Below, one piece after another: positions 1 to 11,535 of a stretch of 64,000 nucleotides of DNA. This stretch comes from Pelagomonas calceolata (Eukaryota). The notes below the pieces were generated by a model. It was given only the letters and a program-made list of their open reading frames with translations, searched no databases and was not told the origin of the DNA. Positions within the stretch are counted from its first letter, which is position 1; the number at the start of each line of letters is the position of its first letter. The position numbers and the translations under genes were made by a program. The stretch is from positions 5,022,001-5,086,000 of the forward strand of contig CAKKNE010000001.1 in assembly GCA_918797485.1 (NCBI GenBank), read 5' to 3'.

Positions 1-231
1 GCAAGCAAGCTGGGGCTGCTGAGTTGCGTGCCGCTGCGTGCGCCATTCGTGCCCTTCGCGAGCATTGCGACCCACTGTCCGACGGTTGTTGGTACGCGGC
101 GCTGGTAGAAGCAGTCGTACCGCACTGCGAGAGCGGCAGAGCAGTGTTTGGGCCAATCGCTCCATTTGCAGTGGGCGTCGTGCAGCGCTGCGATACCACA
201 TGCGCATTGCATGCTAGCGAGAGTCGGCACC

Positions 232-1206
232 ATGCGCGCACGCGCGCGCTTCTACGTCGCCGCGGCATTGACGACGGCCATCAACGCGGTGCAGATTTTG
301 GATGGACGCGCGACCGCGAAAGCCATACGAGCCGAGTTGGGTGCTGAGGTCGCATCCATACAAAAAACGCACGGCGTCACTCCTGGTTTAGGAGTGTTGC
401 TCGTCGGCGACCGACGGGACAGCCTGACCTACGTCAGGATGAAGAGGAAAGCTGCGGACGAGGTCGGCATTTTTAGTTCTGATGTAACGCTCCCGGCGTC
501 GGCGTCCGAAGACGACGTATTGGAGGCGGTATCAAAACTCAACGCCGACCCCCAGATCCACGGCATCCTCGTGCAGCTCCCTTTGCCCTCTCATATTGAT
601 GAGTCCAGGATCCTGGAGACTATTTCACCAAACAAGGACGCCGACGGTTTTTGTTATGAGAACGTCGCGCGACTCGTTTTGAGAGGCGGACCTCGACCAT
701 TGGCGACGGCGTGCACGCCGGCGGGCTGCGTCGAACTCCTGCAACGGTACGACATACCATTGGCCGGTAAAAGGGCAGTGGTGCTGGGACGGTCCAACGT
801 CGTCGGCGCGCCGGTCGCCGCGTTGTTGCAGCAGTGCGACGCGACGGTGACGCTCTGCCACTCGGCGTCGGAAAATGTGCCTGATATCGTCCGCGAGGCG
901 GACGTCGTCATCGCGGCCGTGGGCAAACCGGAGTACGTGCGCGGGTCGTGGCTGAAGCCTGGAGCGACCGTGATAGACGTGGGCATTAATGCGGTCGACG
1001 ACGCGACGAAAAAAGCCGGTTATCGATTGGTGGGTGACGTCCACTTCGACGAGGCTTCCCAGGTCGTCTCGGCCATCACGCCCGTGCCGGGCGGCGTCGG
1101 GCCCATGACCATCGCCATGCTGCTGTCGAACGTTGTCAATTTGACGAAGGCGTCGGTCGGCCTGCCCATGGCGCCGCTGCCCGGTAGATTAGCGGATAAA
1201 GTATGA
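232..1206 (+). CDS. folD: Bifunctional methylenetetrahydrofolate dehydrogenase/cyclohydrolase with a short N-terminal extension
   Basis: Motifs HGILVQLPLP, KDADGF, CTPAGC, GRSNVVG, VIDVGIN, ITPVPGGVGPMTIAML. Start is ATG 232 or 211. Confidence 0.95.
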   Translation: MRARARFYVAAALTTAINAVQILDGRATAKAIRAELGAEVASIQKTHGVTPGLGVLLVGDRRDSLTYVRMKRKAADEVGIFSSDVTLPASASEDDVLEAVSKLNADPQIHGILVQLPLPSHIDESRILETISPNKDADGFCYENVARLVLRGGPRPLATACTPAGCVELLQRYDIPLAGKRAVVLGRSNVVGAPVAALLQQCDATVTLCHSASENVPDIVREADVVIAAVGKPEYVRGSWLKPGATVIDVGINAVDDATKKAGYRLVGDVHFDEASQVVSAITPVPGGVGPMTIAMLLSNVVNLTKASVGLPMAPLPGRLADKV

Positions 1207-1246
1207 TACATTAGTCACGGGATGGGGAGGAGATATGATTCACTAC

Positions 1247-3229
1247 TCAGCAGATGGTACACTTGCAGTTGTCCATGGACTGCTGCCGGTCGGGCGGCTG
1301 GTGATGGCCGCCCGCCTGGTGCTGGTAGAAGCTCGGCATTGCCGCCGGAGACGGCTGCTTCTTCGCGACGCGCTTGCGCGACTGTATCGAACCCCGCCGC
1401 AGATTCTTCGACTTCGTCGTGTGGACACTTTGATCTAAACCGGCCTGGACGATGACCTCGACGTCGACGTCGGCCGCTTCGATCATCTCGATGACGGCGC
1501 GGAAGGAGGGCCTTAACCTGGGCTCGTCGGCCCAGCAGGCCGTCAAGACCTTGACCACCCTAGGATCCCAGTCTCTCCGAATATCCGGCCTCGCGCCCGA
1601 GATCGCGAGGCGCGCGGCCGTCTCTCCATCTTTATTCGCCCACGGGCTCCTACTATCGAGGAGATAATAAAAAATCATCGCGAAGGAGTAGACGTCGCAC
1701 TTGCGCCCGTAGGGCTGGGACAGCGCGACCTCCGGCGCCATGAACCGGAAGCTTCCCGTGGCACCCGTTAAATCGTATTGGGTGGACACCCTTGTAACAC
1801 TCTTCGTGATCTGCTTTCTAGCTTCTAACCGCCCGGAATCCTTGGCGTCCCGACCTCTTCTTCGTGTAGTAGCCAGGCCAAAGTCCGTGATCCGCAAGGT
1901 GTTCGACGTGTCCAATAGTAAATTGGCCGGTTTTAGATCTCTATGTAACACCGCGGGCGTCTGTTCATGTAAATAACGCATGCCCCGCGATAATTCGACG
2001 GCGTAGCGCATGGCCCGCGGCTTCGGCATGCCGTCGGCGTGGGATCTTAACGATCGTAAATAGTCCAAGAGAGAGCACTGCATGAGCTCTGACAATATAA
2101 GTTCGTGGCCCGGCTCGATCCCATAACCGACGAGCATGCAGATGTTCGGGTGTCGCAGCGTCTTCAGAATTCTCGCTTCGGCCACGAAGTCCTCGAGGGC
2201 CGCCTGCTTCTGCTTCGCGTCGCCGCCGGGCATCAACTTAATAACCTTGGCCGCTACCGGCGTCGAGCGCCAGAGCGCCATGTGCACTTCCCCAAAACTT
2301 CCCCCTCCAATCCTATCACCTAATTCCACGTCCCGGTAGTCAACCACAAATTGGTCGTCGTCGCGCTTCTCGGGCGACTCGGCTCGGAACGGGTCGTGGC
2401 TCTTGTCATGGGTCATATCCGTGCGGCAGCAGCCGGCCGCGAGCAACGCCTTTTCCGCCGCCGAGCCCGGGACGCAATCATCACACGGCGTGCAGCCCCA
2501 CCTATCTTTGACGTCGACTTTGGCGCCCCTCATGAGTAGTAATGCGACCACATCTTCATGGTCCTCGGCCGCCGCGAGATGCAGCGGCGTCCTCTGGTCG
2601 AAGTCCCTCACGTTGACGTCGGCACCTGGCGCCGCGAGGCAGTCCTCGACGTCCCGGACGTCGCCGGCGTTGCACGCGGCCATGAGTTGGGACACGTGGT
2701 CCGCCGTGCCTAATCTCGCGCCCTTGCTCCGTAGGAGTTCGACCGTGGCCTGGTGGCCGCGGCGCAACGCGTCGTCGAGCGGCGAGCCGCCCCACCGGTC
2801 GGAGCGGTTCGGCCGCGCGTCGTGCGCGAGGAGATATTTCACGACGTCGGCGCGCCCTTCCGACGACGCGACGTGTAACGGTGTTCTCCGATCATAATCC
2901 CAGAAGTTCACGAGCGTGGGCGAGTCCTTGACCACCGCGTGGACCCTCTCGAGATCGCCGCGCGCGCAGTCTAGTAATAGCAAACAGCCACTGACAAAAT
3001 ACTCTCTTTCGTCGTTCCCGATGGACACGGTGCGGTCCTGGAACTCCTTCTGCGCGTGGAAGGCCGTCATGGAGTCCGTGCGCCTTAACATGTCCGGCGT
3101 CGGCCGCTCCGAGAGCTCTCGGCGGACGCCCGGGTTCTCCTTCGTCGAGGCCGTCCCGTTCATCGCCGCGCCGCCGTTCATCGCCGCGCCATTTTTCTCG
3201 CTGTGCGCGCGGAAGAGTTTGTCGAGCAT
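1247..3229 (-). CDS. Ankyrin-repeat TKL protein kinase (integrin-linked-kinase-like)
   Basis: Ankyrin repeats (RTPLHVA, RTPLHLAA) followed by kinase motifs GGGSFG, VAAK, HRDLKPAN, DFG, APE, DVYSF. Confidence 0.93.
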   Translation of the reverse strand: MLDKLFRAHSEKNGAAMNGGAAMNGTASTKENPGVRRELSERPTPDMLRRTDSMTAFHAQKEFQDRTVSIGNDEREYFVSGCLLLLDCARGDLERVHAVVKDSPTLVNFWDYDRRTPLHVASSEGRADVVKYLLAHDARPNRSDRWGGSPLDDALRRGHQATVELLRSKGARLGTADHVSQLMAACNAGDVRDVEDCLAAPGADVNVRDFDQRTPLHLAAAEDHEDVVALLLMRGAKVDVKDRWGCTPCDDCVPGSAAEKALLAAGCCRTDMTHDKSHDPFRAESPEKRDDDQFVVDYRDVELGDRIGGGSFGEVHMALWRSTPVAAKVIKLMPGGDAKQKQAALEDFVAEARILKTLRHPNICMLVGYGIEPGHELILSELMQCSLLDYLRSLRSHADGMPKPRAMRYAVELSRGMRYLHEQTPAVLHRDLKPANLLLDTSNTLRITDFGLATTRRRGRDAKDSGRLEARKQITKSVTRVSTQYDLTGATGSFRFMAPEVALSQPYGRKCDVYSFAMIFYYLLDSRSPWANKDGETAARLAISGARPDIRRDWDPRVVKVLTACWADEPRLRPSFRAVIEMIEAADVDVEVIVQAGLDQSVHTTKSKNLRRGSIQSRKRVAKKQPSPAAMPSFYQHQAGGHHQPPDRQQSMDNCKCTIC

Positions 3230-3438
3230 TTTTTATCTTCTCGCGCGCGCGCCGCCGCGGCGTAGTTTGGCTCAAGTTGTTTTGATGCTCACCTCCACAC
3301 TCTCTTTCGGCAGAATCGTCGGCCCGCGCCGCGCCGCTCGGCTATATAACCGACTTTGGTAGATGCCTCAACGACTCACGGGAGTCCGATTGAGTCCGAC
3401 TCGCGCGTAACCTGGACAAAATGCTGGCTGGCTGTCGA

Positions 3439-3462
3439 TGCTAGTGTGTCTGACAACGCTAG
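3439..3462 (+). promoter_or_regulatory. Double-CTAG intergenic motif, copy 1
   Basis: tgctagtgtgtctgacaacgctag, between the divergent kinase and APRT genes. Confidence 0.55.
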
Positions 3463-3518
3463 GTCGATTATTTTTTCACACGCATCTCCGAGTGATTACA
3501 CAAGCCACTGGCTTGCTT

Positions 3519-4271
3519 ATGCTAAGGACACAGCTTGCAGCAGCAGCACTCCTCCTCTTCGCAACCACCACCAATTGCCAGCAGCAAAGCTGCATGGGCT
3601 CCCAGCTCTCATCTCTCATGGCGACCGCGGGCACGACCCGTGACGCCTACACGCCCGACGGCCCGGTAGCCAAGCGCATCGCGAGCGTGACGCCCTACTT
3701 TCCGTTCAAGGGCATCCCGAAGTTTTACGACATTGGCGGGTTCCTGAAGGACCCCGAGGCCTTCGCGTTAGTGGTCGAGGTCTTGGTCGAGCGCTACCGG
3801 AACGAGGACATCACGAGCATTTGTGGTTTGGACGCGCGCGGTTTCGTGCTGGGACCGCCTTTGGCATTAGCCCTGAAGAAGCCCTTCTTTATGCTGCGCA
3901 AGAAGGGCAAGATGCCGAATGTGGTGACCGGTGAGGCCTACGCCAAGGAGTACGCGGGGAACGATGCCTTGTCGATCCCGCGCGGCGCCGTGTCCGCGGG
4001 CGACAAGGTCCTCGTTATTGATGACCTGGTCGCGACGGGCGGGACTTTACTGGCAGCCATCGAGCTGATCAAGAAGTTCGATGGCAAAATCGTCGAGTGC
4101 GCGTGTGTCGTCGAGCTGAAATTCCTCGACGCGCGCGGCGCCTTCGACAAGAAGGGTCATGGGGATGTGCCCATCTGGGCGATGATGAGCGAGGACATCC
4201 TGACGCTGGACGGCCTCGCGGACGCGTCGATCCCGACGGATGGCTACGTCGACGACGGCGAGGCGCACTAG
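3519..4271 (+). CDS. APT: Adenine phosphoribosyltransferase
   Basis: FPFKGIPKFYDI, GLDARGF, MLRKKGKMP and PRPP loop VLVIDDLVATGGT. Start uncertain (ATG 3519, 3594 or 3618). Confidence 0.93.
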   Translation: MLRTQLAAAALLLFATTTNCQQQSCMGSQLSSLMATAGTTRDAYTPDGPVAKRIASVTPYFPFKGIPKFYDIGGFLKDPEAFALVVEVLVERYRNEDITSICGLDARGFVLGPPLALALKKPFFMLRKKGKMPNVVTGEAYAKEYAGNDALSIPRGAVSAGDKVLVIDDLVATGGTLLAAIELIKKFDGKIVECACVVELKFLDARGAFDKKGHGDVPIWAMMSEDILTLDGLADASIPTDGYVDDGEAH

Positions 4272-4356
4272 TCGCTTGTTTTTTCTGTGCTCGGGCATAA
4301 CTTAGGATGTACATTAGCATGCACTAGGCGCCACTCGACGTGATCAGATAAATTAA

Positions 4357-6093
4357 TTAGTAGGCCCCGACGGCGGGCTTCGAGTCGTACCAGTTGTGGG
4401 GCGGCTGCGAGCAGACGGACTCCCGGAAGGCGCGGTAGTCCTCAACCCCAAACCGCCGCCGCTGCTGGCTCAGCGTCATCTGCGCGTAGCGCGGCGCCGG
4501 CGCCCGCGCCTCGTCGGCGTACTCGACGTAGAGGTCCTCGGGCCGCGCGCTTGGTGGACGCGGGTTGACGCGGCGGCGAATTGATGGAGCCCGGGGCCGC
4601 AAAGGCGGCGCCGCCTCGCGCCAGGCCGCCGTCGGCGGCCGCCGCACGGCGAGCGCGAGCAGGTCCTCGGCCCGCAGCGCGCGCGCCCGCATCGCCGCGG
4701 CCTCCTTCTTCGCTTGTAGGGCGTCGCGCGCCAGCGACTCGGCGACGGCGGCGTAGTTCCGCTCGGCGGGCGACGGGCCCGTCCGTCGCATGTAAGACGG
4801 CACGGGCGGCGGACTCGTCATCGCGTCCGCGGCTCCTTTTGAAGGAGGAGGGCTAGTCATCACATCCGTGCCTTTGCGAGGCGCGGGGCTCGTCGCAGCG
4901 TTTTTGTGGGAGTGGTGGTGCTTCTTCACGGAAACTGACGCAGCGGGCGCCTCGTTCGCGACGGCGGCCTCCCTTGTTAATGAAGGCGGGTGCGGCGCCT
5001 CTTTCTTGTGGGAGTGGTGGTGGTGCTTCGCCGCGGCAGCGGCGACGGGCGCCTCGCGCATCACAACAGCCTCCTTCTTGACGGGCGTCCCGAACGCGAC
5101 GCGTCTATTAACAGAAGGCCCTTCGTCCACGGACGACGCCGACGAGACGGACATGGCGTCGTCGGCCAGGAGCATGCCGCCGACGACGTAGGGCCTTTCG
5201 CCCTCGCCGTAGCGGTCGGGCGTCGACTGGCGCGAACTGCGCGGCGTCCGCGGCACGGCGAAGGACTTGGAGCCCGGCGAGGGCGTCTCGGCCGCCTCCC
5301 AGCCCCACCTTACCGAAAGCGACTCGCGTGTTGCTGCTCTGATATGACGCACCGCTGGTGATGTACCGGCGCCCTTCCGTCCCAGCACCCGGACGCGGAA
5401 GCGCTGGTACTGGTGCTTCCGGCACGCCGCGACGCATTTTTCCGCGTGCTCGCGCGAGGCGACCAACACTAAACCGCGCCTCGGCGTGACGTGCGTCGCG
5501 AGGACAAAATCAAAGAACCCGAAGAAACACCTCAGCTCCGAGTCTTCGGGCGGCGGCTTCGTCGTGTCCCAGGACACCACCAATATGCGCTTGGCGAGGT
5601 CCCTTCTTGACTCTGCTGGTTTATCTTTGGCGACCAACGCCGATAAGTCGAAGGAGCCGGACCGCCGTCGTCGCCGAGGACTACGTGATCGTGATGGAGA
5701 ACGGGAATGGGGCGGCGAATGGACCGGCGTGGCGGGCGCGGCCTCCTTCATCACTTTCAGGGTTTTCTTAGCTTCCTCGTGCGAGACCTTTGGAGTGGAC
5801 ACGCGCCACAAGCCTTGATAGTCGTCCTGGGCTTTTTGGGCCCCTTCACAGGTCGTGAAGACGACGATCGCTTGATTGGAGCTGCCTATACCCACGTTGG
5901 CGACGGGCGCGAGCTTCGAGAACGTCGCGCGCAGCTCGGCCTCGCTCGGCTTCGGGGCGTCGCGGGGCCAGGCGACCTTCCGGATGCGCGCCGGGTGGTA
6001 GTCCTGGGGACGCGGGGACAGGCTGCGCTGCCTCCTTTTTGTAGTGCTGGGCTCGGGCGGCGGCGGTGGCTTCCATGCGGGGCTCCGCTCCAT
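4357..6093 (-). CDS. Hypothetical protein with two degenerate RRM-like segments and a low-complexity C-terminus
   Basis: 578-aa ATG ORF with SEAELRATF...AIVVFTTCEGAQKA and DSELRCFFG...GLVLVASREHAEKC, plus SR-rich and His-rich repeats. Confidence 0.6.
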   Translation of the reverse strand: MERSPAWKPPPPPEPSTTKRRQRSLSPRPQDYHPARIRKVAWPRDAPKPSEAELRATFSKLAPVANVGIGSSNQAIVVFTTCEGAQKAQDDYQGLWRVSTPKVSHEEAKKTLKVMKEAAPATPVHSPPHSRSPSRSRSPRRRRRSGSFDLSALVAKDKPAESRRDLAKRILVVSWDTTKPPPEDSELRCFFGFFDFVLATHVTPRRGLVLVASREHAEKCVAACRKHQYQRFRVRVLGRKGAGTSPAVRHIRAATRESLSVRWGWEAAETPSPGSKSFAVPRTPRSSRQSTPDRYGEGERPYVVGGMLLADDAMSVSSASSVDEGPSVNRRVAFGTPVKKEAVVMREAPVAAAAAKHHHHSHKKEAPHPPSLTREAAVANEAPAASVSVKKHHHSHKNAATSPAPRKGTDVMTSPPPSKGAADAMTSPPPVPSYMRRTGPSPAERNYAAVAESLARDALQAKKEAAAMRARALRAEDLLALAVRRPPTAAWREAAPPLRPRAPSIRRRVNPRPPSARPEDLYVEYADEARAPAPRYAQMTLSQQRRRFGVEDYRAFRESVCSQPPHNWYDSKPAVGAY

Positions 6094-6679
6094 CTGTCCT
6101 GTAGCGGTGGTGCTCGCTTCGGTGGTGGCTTGTGTGGCTGGCTTATTCGCGGGCGGGCGGGCAGCCTTTTCTGCCTCGCTGGCGTGTTGCGCCTGCCACT
6201 CTCACACAGCGCGCGCCTCTGGGTCGCGGGGGCGCCTCGTCTGCCTCGCGGCGCGTAGCGCTCACTCTCCACAGCGCGCGCACCCCGTACCCATTTTCAA
6301 GCGCGCATCTCCAAAGTCAAGCAGATTCAGACCTATCTGGGGCAATAGTCAAAGCTCAAGGAGCTTGAGCGGCGCCTGTACGCCATCGACGCGAGGACGC
6401 GAGGACCAGCGGCCGACGACGGAGAAAATAACTACCAATAGGATTATCTATGTACAGGGCGGGGCGTTTGCGCCGTGTTTTCCGAGCGAGAGGCAAGCTC
6501 GTGGCACCAGCGACTTCGTGGTCACAAAGGGATATGTGCAGGTTCGCGTGGTTGGATTTCCGATGGGAGACCGCCTCGCTAGAGGCCGTAGTGCGGCGCC
6601 AGGACGGCGCGCTGCTCCTCCGCCGAGAGCGGGCGGAAGCTTGCCTGTGGGTGTACCGTCAACGCCGCTCTCGCCGTTA

Positions 6680-8198
6680 TTAGTGACCGATACGCGATTC
6701 GAACGCGTAACCTTCAGGACTGGAATCTGACGCGCTACCGTTGCGCCAATCGGTCGAAGGCACCAGCGTACGAGGACGCGGGCGCGGTACGTTCGCGGGC
6801 AACGTGAACGCGCCCGGCGCCGCGGCCGGTTGCGACGCGAAGGCCGGGTGCGGCGCCGCGAGCGCGGCGCCGAGCGGCGGGACCGGCGGTTGTTGTGGAG
6901 GCGGCGGCGCGTACTGGACAGGCGGCGGCGCGCGGAACGGCGGCGGCGGCGGCGGCGCGCGGAAGACGGGCCGCGGCGGCTCCGGCATCGACGACGAGCG
7001 CGACGCGTCGGCTTCCGTGTTCTTCTTGCGCAAAGCGGTCAGAAACGACGCCTCGAGGGCCTTGAGCTTGTCCTGGGCGAGGGGCGCGTCGTCGGACGCG
7101 CGCACTTCGACTCTCGCCCAGGCGACGCCCGACTCGGCGTTGAAGCGTAAATTGGCGACAACAGCACCATGTAAAGCTAATTGCTGCGCCAGCACCAACA
7201 GGAAGTCTGCGTCGTTGCGCGCGACGACCCTTACGAACGTTTTGCGGTCCTTGGTGTAGCCGCACACGTGAGCTCTAACGGCGGCCGGCGCCCTCGTTTG
7301 CTGCTGCTGCTGGTTGAACAAGGACCACGACGCCGACGACTCGGCGCGCGGCGTGACCGTGGGTGCTTGGTTCGAGACGGACAGCCCGCCGCCCCGCAGC
7401 GAGTGCTCGAGGTTGCCCCCCGCCATCTCGCTCGGGTCGAAACCTTGGGTGGTCACCCAAGCATCGAGCTGGACGGGCGGCCGCTCGCCCTCGGACTCGT
7501 CCGGCAGCTCCGCGTGTCTCCGAAAAGCCCGCCGCGCGCCTTCGAGCGTCGCGATCTCGTCGGGCGACGCCTCGCCGGCGCGCTTGTAGCTCGACTTGCC
7601 GATGAGGCGCGTCCTTGAGAACTTCTTCGTGATGCGCATGGGCGTGCCTGCGTTTGTCGTCACGCTCGTGATGCGCGTCGACGGCGTGACGCTCGCTACG
7701 CCATCGCCGCGTTTTGATTGGAGGACGCCGCCCCGCACACAGCAATAACTTCGACAGCAGCGCTCGCAACGACTCGCCGCCGCTACAACCCGGAAACTTG
7801 CCCGCCACAAATAAATCAATGATGACGTTCGCGTAGGCCTCCTCCGGCGCCGTCCACTTGCCCCGGCGCTTCGGCTCGTCCTTCACCTTGGCCTTCTTGG
7901 GCGCCGCGGCGACGTCCGTCGACGACTCGGACTCGTCGTAGCGCCTTTTAGGGGCGCCATGGCCGCCCCGCGTCACGGGGCCCGGGCGCGGCTCGACGAC
8001 GGCGGGCGCTTGTTCATCTTCTTCAATATTGGCCTCGAGCGACGCCACAGAGACGAGCGACGCGAAGCTCAGGTCGTTCTCGGAGCCGCCACTATCACTC
8101 ACGGTCACGGACTGCGTCGCGAAGGCGGTCAAATCCGGCGGCGGCGGCGGCGCCATCCTCGAGGGAGAGGGCGGGAGCGGCGGCGCCGCGGCGGCCAT
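6680..8198 (-). CDS. Two-exon gene (8198-7739, 7647-6680): RRGKWT..EE..Y / L..LL.C.PMRITKKF domain (Myb-like putative DNA binding) plus an ACT-like domain
   Basis: Removing GT-AG intron 7738-7648 joins LLSKLLLC to TPMRITKKFS; the 1428-nt CDS is in frame. ACT-like segment TFVRVVARNDADFLLVLAQQLALHGAVV. Confidence 0.75.
7648..7738 (-). other. Spliceosomal intron, 91 nt (GTGCG...ACGCAG)
   Basis: Restores frame and the conserved motif; has GCGTCC at +11 and a CGCCGTCGACGCG element. Confidence 0.8.
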
Positions 8199-9053
8199 TT
8201 GTACGGTTTCGTTGAACGTGACGGACTTGCGCTGCGCCGTCTTTGTGTCAATCGCGGTCGTGGGCGCGGGGGCGCCTCTCGCGTTTATTTCAACCGCGGC
8301 ACGGGCCTGAGTGGAAATTTCGCGTGGGCGGTCCGCGAGCGGGCGAGTTGTTTGGCGCCCCAGGGGCTCGCGGCGCGGCGTCGTTGCAGGACTATTTTCT
8401 CGTATTGAATGCCAATCTCTCGCCGAGATTTGCGCGCGCGCGCGGCCCCTCGCTGACAGATCTCAGGAGGAGAATAGGTTGAAGGGCTGTGCTCTCGCGA
8501 AACGGCGGCGCCCCTACTCGGGCCCGCATCGCCGGCCTAGGTTGGTCGAAAATGATACGCCGGCGCGTGCCTGTGACTTTTTTGTCGCGCAGCGGGCTAG
8601 TTACGAGTCGCTTTGGCCGCCGCGTTTTGCCGTGAGGTGAGTGACGACCGAGATGAAATCGACCCTACCACTCTGCGCATCGTTCTCTGCGTCACCGTCG
8701 GACGCCTCTGCATTAAGGGACACAGCCGCGCGCGGAGAGACGCGCCGCGCCGGCCTTGCTTTGCTCGCCTTTGTTTGCGCAATAGACGTCTCCGGCAGTA
8801 TTAGAGTCTCAATTTGATCTGCTGGAAGACGGCTAAGAGACCCACCAATAGCGTGCGGGCTGGGCTATTTCAAGCAGCTCTCGGGCGCGCGGCGGCCTAA
8901 ACTCGTCGCAGACTGCGCTATTTGCTAGCACGATTTTCTAGGGTCGCATTGATTGCCTGGCAACTCGCTGTCAAAAGCTCGCCGCGCGACATCACGCGTA
9001 ACCTCCTCAAAACAAAAGCCAGTGGACAAGGCTGCGGCTAAAACGCGCGCGAC

Positions 9054-10145
9054 ATGGCTGCGCTCGACGAAAGCATGGGCTTCGGCTTCGGCGCCATAGG
9101 AGGCGGACAGGAGCAGTCCATCAACCTGGGCGCCATCGACTGGAGCCCGCCGCCGAAGCGCTCCCACAGTGCAAGGCAGATGCCGCCGCCGCGCGCACGC
9201 CAAATGCCGCCGTCCATCGTGGTAGATATATCACCGGCCGACGCGCGGGCCGCCGAATTAGTGAGACAGGCGAACTGCGCCGTCGCGACGAAGATAAAAA
9301 TAAAACCGGGGACGACCAAGCCATTGGCCGCGGTCTACGGCAAGCTTAGAAAAAGATGGCGCCACGTCGACGGTGTTTTAGTTCTGGGCGCCGGGCCTAC
9401 TCAACATTCCCTGAAATACGCGTTCGTGTCGCCGGAGCACTCGTGCGCGCCGACGGAGATTATCGCGCCCTCTCCAGTCAGTTCGTTGGGATCGCAATCC
9501 GCAAGAAAAGCCACGCCGCGGCGGTCGCCGCGGCCGCGCAAGGTGACGGCGTCCGGGCCTCAACGACCTTCAGATTCGTCGGACGATGAGGACGACGACG
9601 AGGAGGTGCGGCGGCTGGAAGCTGCTCTAGCAGCTGCCAAAGCAAAGAAAAAACGGCGGCGCGACGGCGGCAGCCGGTCGTCGTCGTCCCTAGAAATGCC
9701 GAGGCGGTCGCCGCGCAAGCACGCCGGGAGTACGGTACCGGCGCCGGCGCCGGCGCCGCGCCTCGCGATGCTCGCGGCCGCGTCGCCGCCGCCGCGCCGC
9801 TCGCCGCGGCGCCAGGCCGCCGTCGAGGCCGCTTTACTGGGATCCGACTCGTCTGATGGAGAGGAGGAGGTTGTCGAGAGCGGCGCCGTCGCGTCGCCGC
9901 CCGCGCGGAAGCGCCAGAAAAATGCGGAGAACGTGTCGCCGGCGTCGCGCGAGGAGGCGGACTTATTGCGCGCGGCTCTGGAATCGCCGGCCGGCGGCGC
10001 GCTCTTCGCCTGGAACGGCGGCGGGCCGCAGTCGTTCCAGACGCCGCCGTCGAAGGACTCGTCCTTCCGCGACGACGACGAGGAGGCGAGCGTGCCGCAC
10101 CGCCATCGGCCCGGGGCGCCTTCGCCGCGGCGATTGGCGATGTGA
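9054..10145 (+). CDS. Hypothetical protein, basic/low complexity with NLS-like stretches
   Basis: 363-aa ATG ORF with RRSPR repeats and KKKRRR. Confidence 0.55.
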   Translation: MAALDESMGFGFGAIGGGQEQSINLGAIDWSPPPKRSHSARQMPPPRARQMPPSIVVDISPADARAAELVRQANCAVATKIKIKPGTTKPLAAVYGKLRKRWRHVDGVLVLGAGPTQHSLKYAFVSPEHSCAPTEIIAPSPVSSLGSQSARKATPRRSPRPRKVTASGPQRPSDSSDDEDDDEEVRRLEAALAAAKAKKKRRRDGGSRSSSSLEMPRRSPRKHAGSTVPAPAPAPRLAMLAAASPPPRRSPRRQAAVEAALLGSDSSDGEEEVVESGAVASPPARKRQKNAENVSPASREEADLLRAALESPAGGALFAWNGGGPQSFQTPPSKDSSFRDDDEEASVPHRHRPGAPSPRRLAM

Positions 10146-10176
10146 TTAGGTAACACTCTCATATATTTACACAACG

Positions 10177-11535
10177 CTACTCGTCCTCGTCGTCGCCCTC
10201 GAGCACGACTCCCCGCTTCTTCGCGGCCGCGACGACGTCCTTGTCGCGCAGTAAGGACTCGTCGGCGACGAACTGGAGCGCCTCGACGTTCTGCTTCACG
10301 GCCGCGAGGACGACGTCCTTCGTTTGAGCGCTTGATCGCACGTGGCAGAGAGCCAACCCATCCTTCTTGACCGCAACCAGAGCGACCTTCGGCTCCGCGT
10401 CGAGCGGCGTCAACGCGAGCGCGTCCGCGGACTGCTTCAAGGCGCTTTCAACTAATTTCTTGTCCGCGCGCAGTTCTTTTGACACGCTCGCGAGGCACCG
10501 CCAGTCGAGCTTGACGGCTTTTTCGGCGAATTTGCGATCCGCGAGGAGCTCGGGCGACGCGTGCTGCAGGGCTTGCGGGGCGACTTTGACGGCGGCTAGG
10601 ACTATAGTCGCGTCCGCGCGCAGCTCCTCGTCGGCGTAAGCTAGGGCGTCCCCCGCTCGACCGTCGCCCGCCGGCGCGGTGACGGCCTTGCTCACCACGT
10701 CGGCGTCGGCCCTAAGGGCATGAGGGGCGAACTGGAGGGCCGAGCCGTCGCGCGTCACGGCCTCGAGGACGGCCGCCCTGTCCTGGGCCGCCGGGCCGTC
10801 GGCGTGCTGCAGGTGCCACGGGTCGATGGCCACTGCTTTTCTTATGAAGGCCGGGTCTTGTTTCAATCTCGGCGAGCACCGCTCCAACGCGCCGCCCCAC
10901 GACGCGGCCGCCCCCAGGACAATTTCCGCGTCGGCGAGCAGCTTGGCGTCGTCGACGTGGCGCAGGGCCGCGCCGCAGCTCTTGACGGCCGCCAGCACCA
11001 CGGAGCGGTCCTTCCTGATCGCCTCGGGACACAATGACAGCGCCTCGCCGTCCCTGGCGCAGCAGGCGGCGCAGACGGTCGCGTCGGCTCGCAGGCTCGC
11101 GTCGGCGGCCTCGAGGATGGCGCGGCCGCCGTGCTGCGCGACGAACGTGGCGTCGCCCCGCAGGCGCGCGCTCGCGAACTTGAGGCTCGAGCCATCGTTG
11201 TCTACGGCCGTGGCGACGACGCGTTCGTCGTCTTGGAGCGCCGCCGAACAGTGTCGCAGGGCCCAGCCCGCTTTGGTGCAGGCGATCGACGCGATCGCCG
11301 CGTCGCCGCGAAGACGCTCCGAGGCGTGCTCGAGCGCTTCGCCCTGGCAGGTCACGGCCGCTCGGACAACTGCGTCGTCGTCTCTCAAGCGCTCGCTCGC
11401 GTACTGTAGCGCGCCGCCATTTTCAGAGACAGCAGCAAGCACAAGCTTGTCGTCGTCACGCAGCTTCCTGGGTTGGTCCGCGAGCGCGAAGCCGTCGAGT
11501 TTGCAACTCTCCAGTGCTGCTGTCAAGGCTGCCAT
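10177..11535 (-). CDS. DUF4116-type repeat protein
   Basis: Many repeats of the form D..VVLAAV..dG.ALq.AS..LR.D. Confidence 0.85.
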   Translation of the reverse strand: MAALTAALESCKLDGFALADQPRKLRDDDKLVLAAVSENGGALQYASERLRDDDAVVRAAVTCQGEALEHASERLRGDAAIASIACTKAGWALRHCSAALQDDERVVATAVDNDGSSLKFASARLRGDATFVAQHGGRAILEAADASLRADATVCAACCARDGEALSLCPEAIRKDRSVVLAAVKSCGAALRHVDDAKLLADAEIVLGAAASWGGALERCSPRLKQDPAFIRKAVAIDPWHLQHADGPAAQDRAAVLEAVTRDGSALQFAPHALRADADVVSKAVTAPAGDGRAGDALAYADEELRADATIVLAAVKVAPQALQHASPELLADRKFAEKAVKLDWRCLASVSKELRADKKLVESALKQSADALALTPLDAEPKVALVAVKKDGLALCHVRSSAQTKDVVLAAVKQNVEALQFVADESLLRDKDVVAAAKKRGVVLEGDDEDE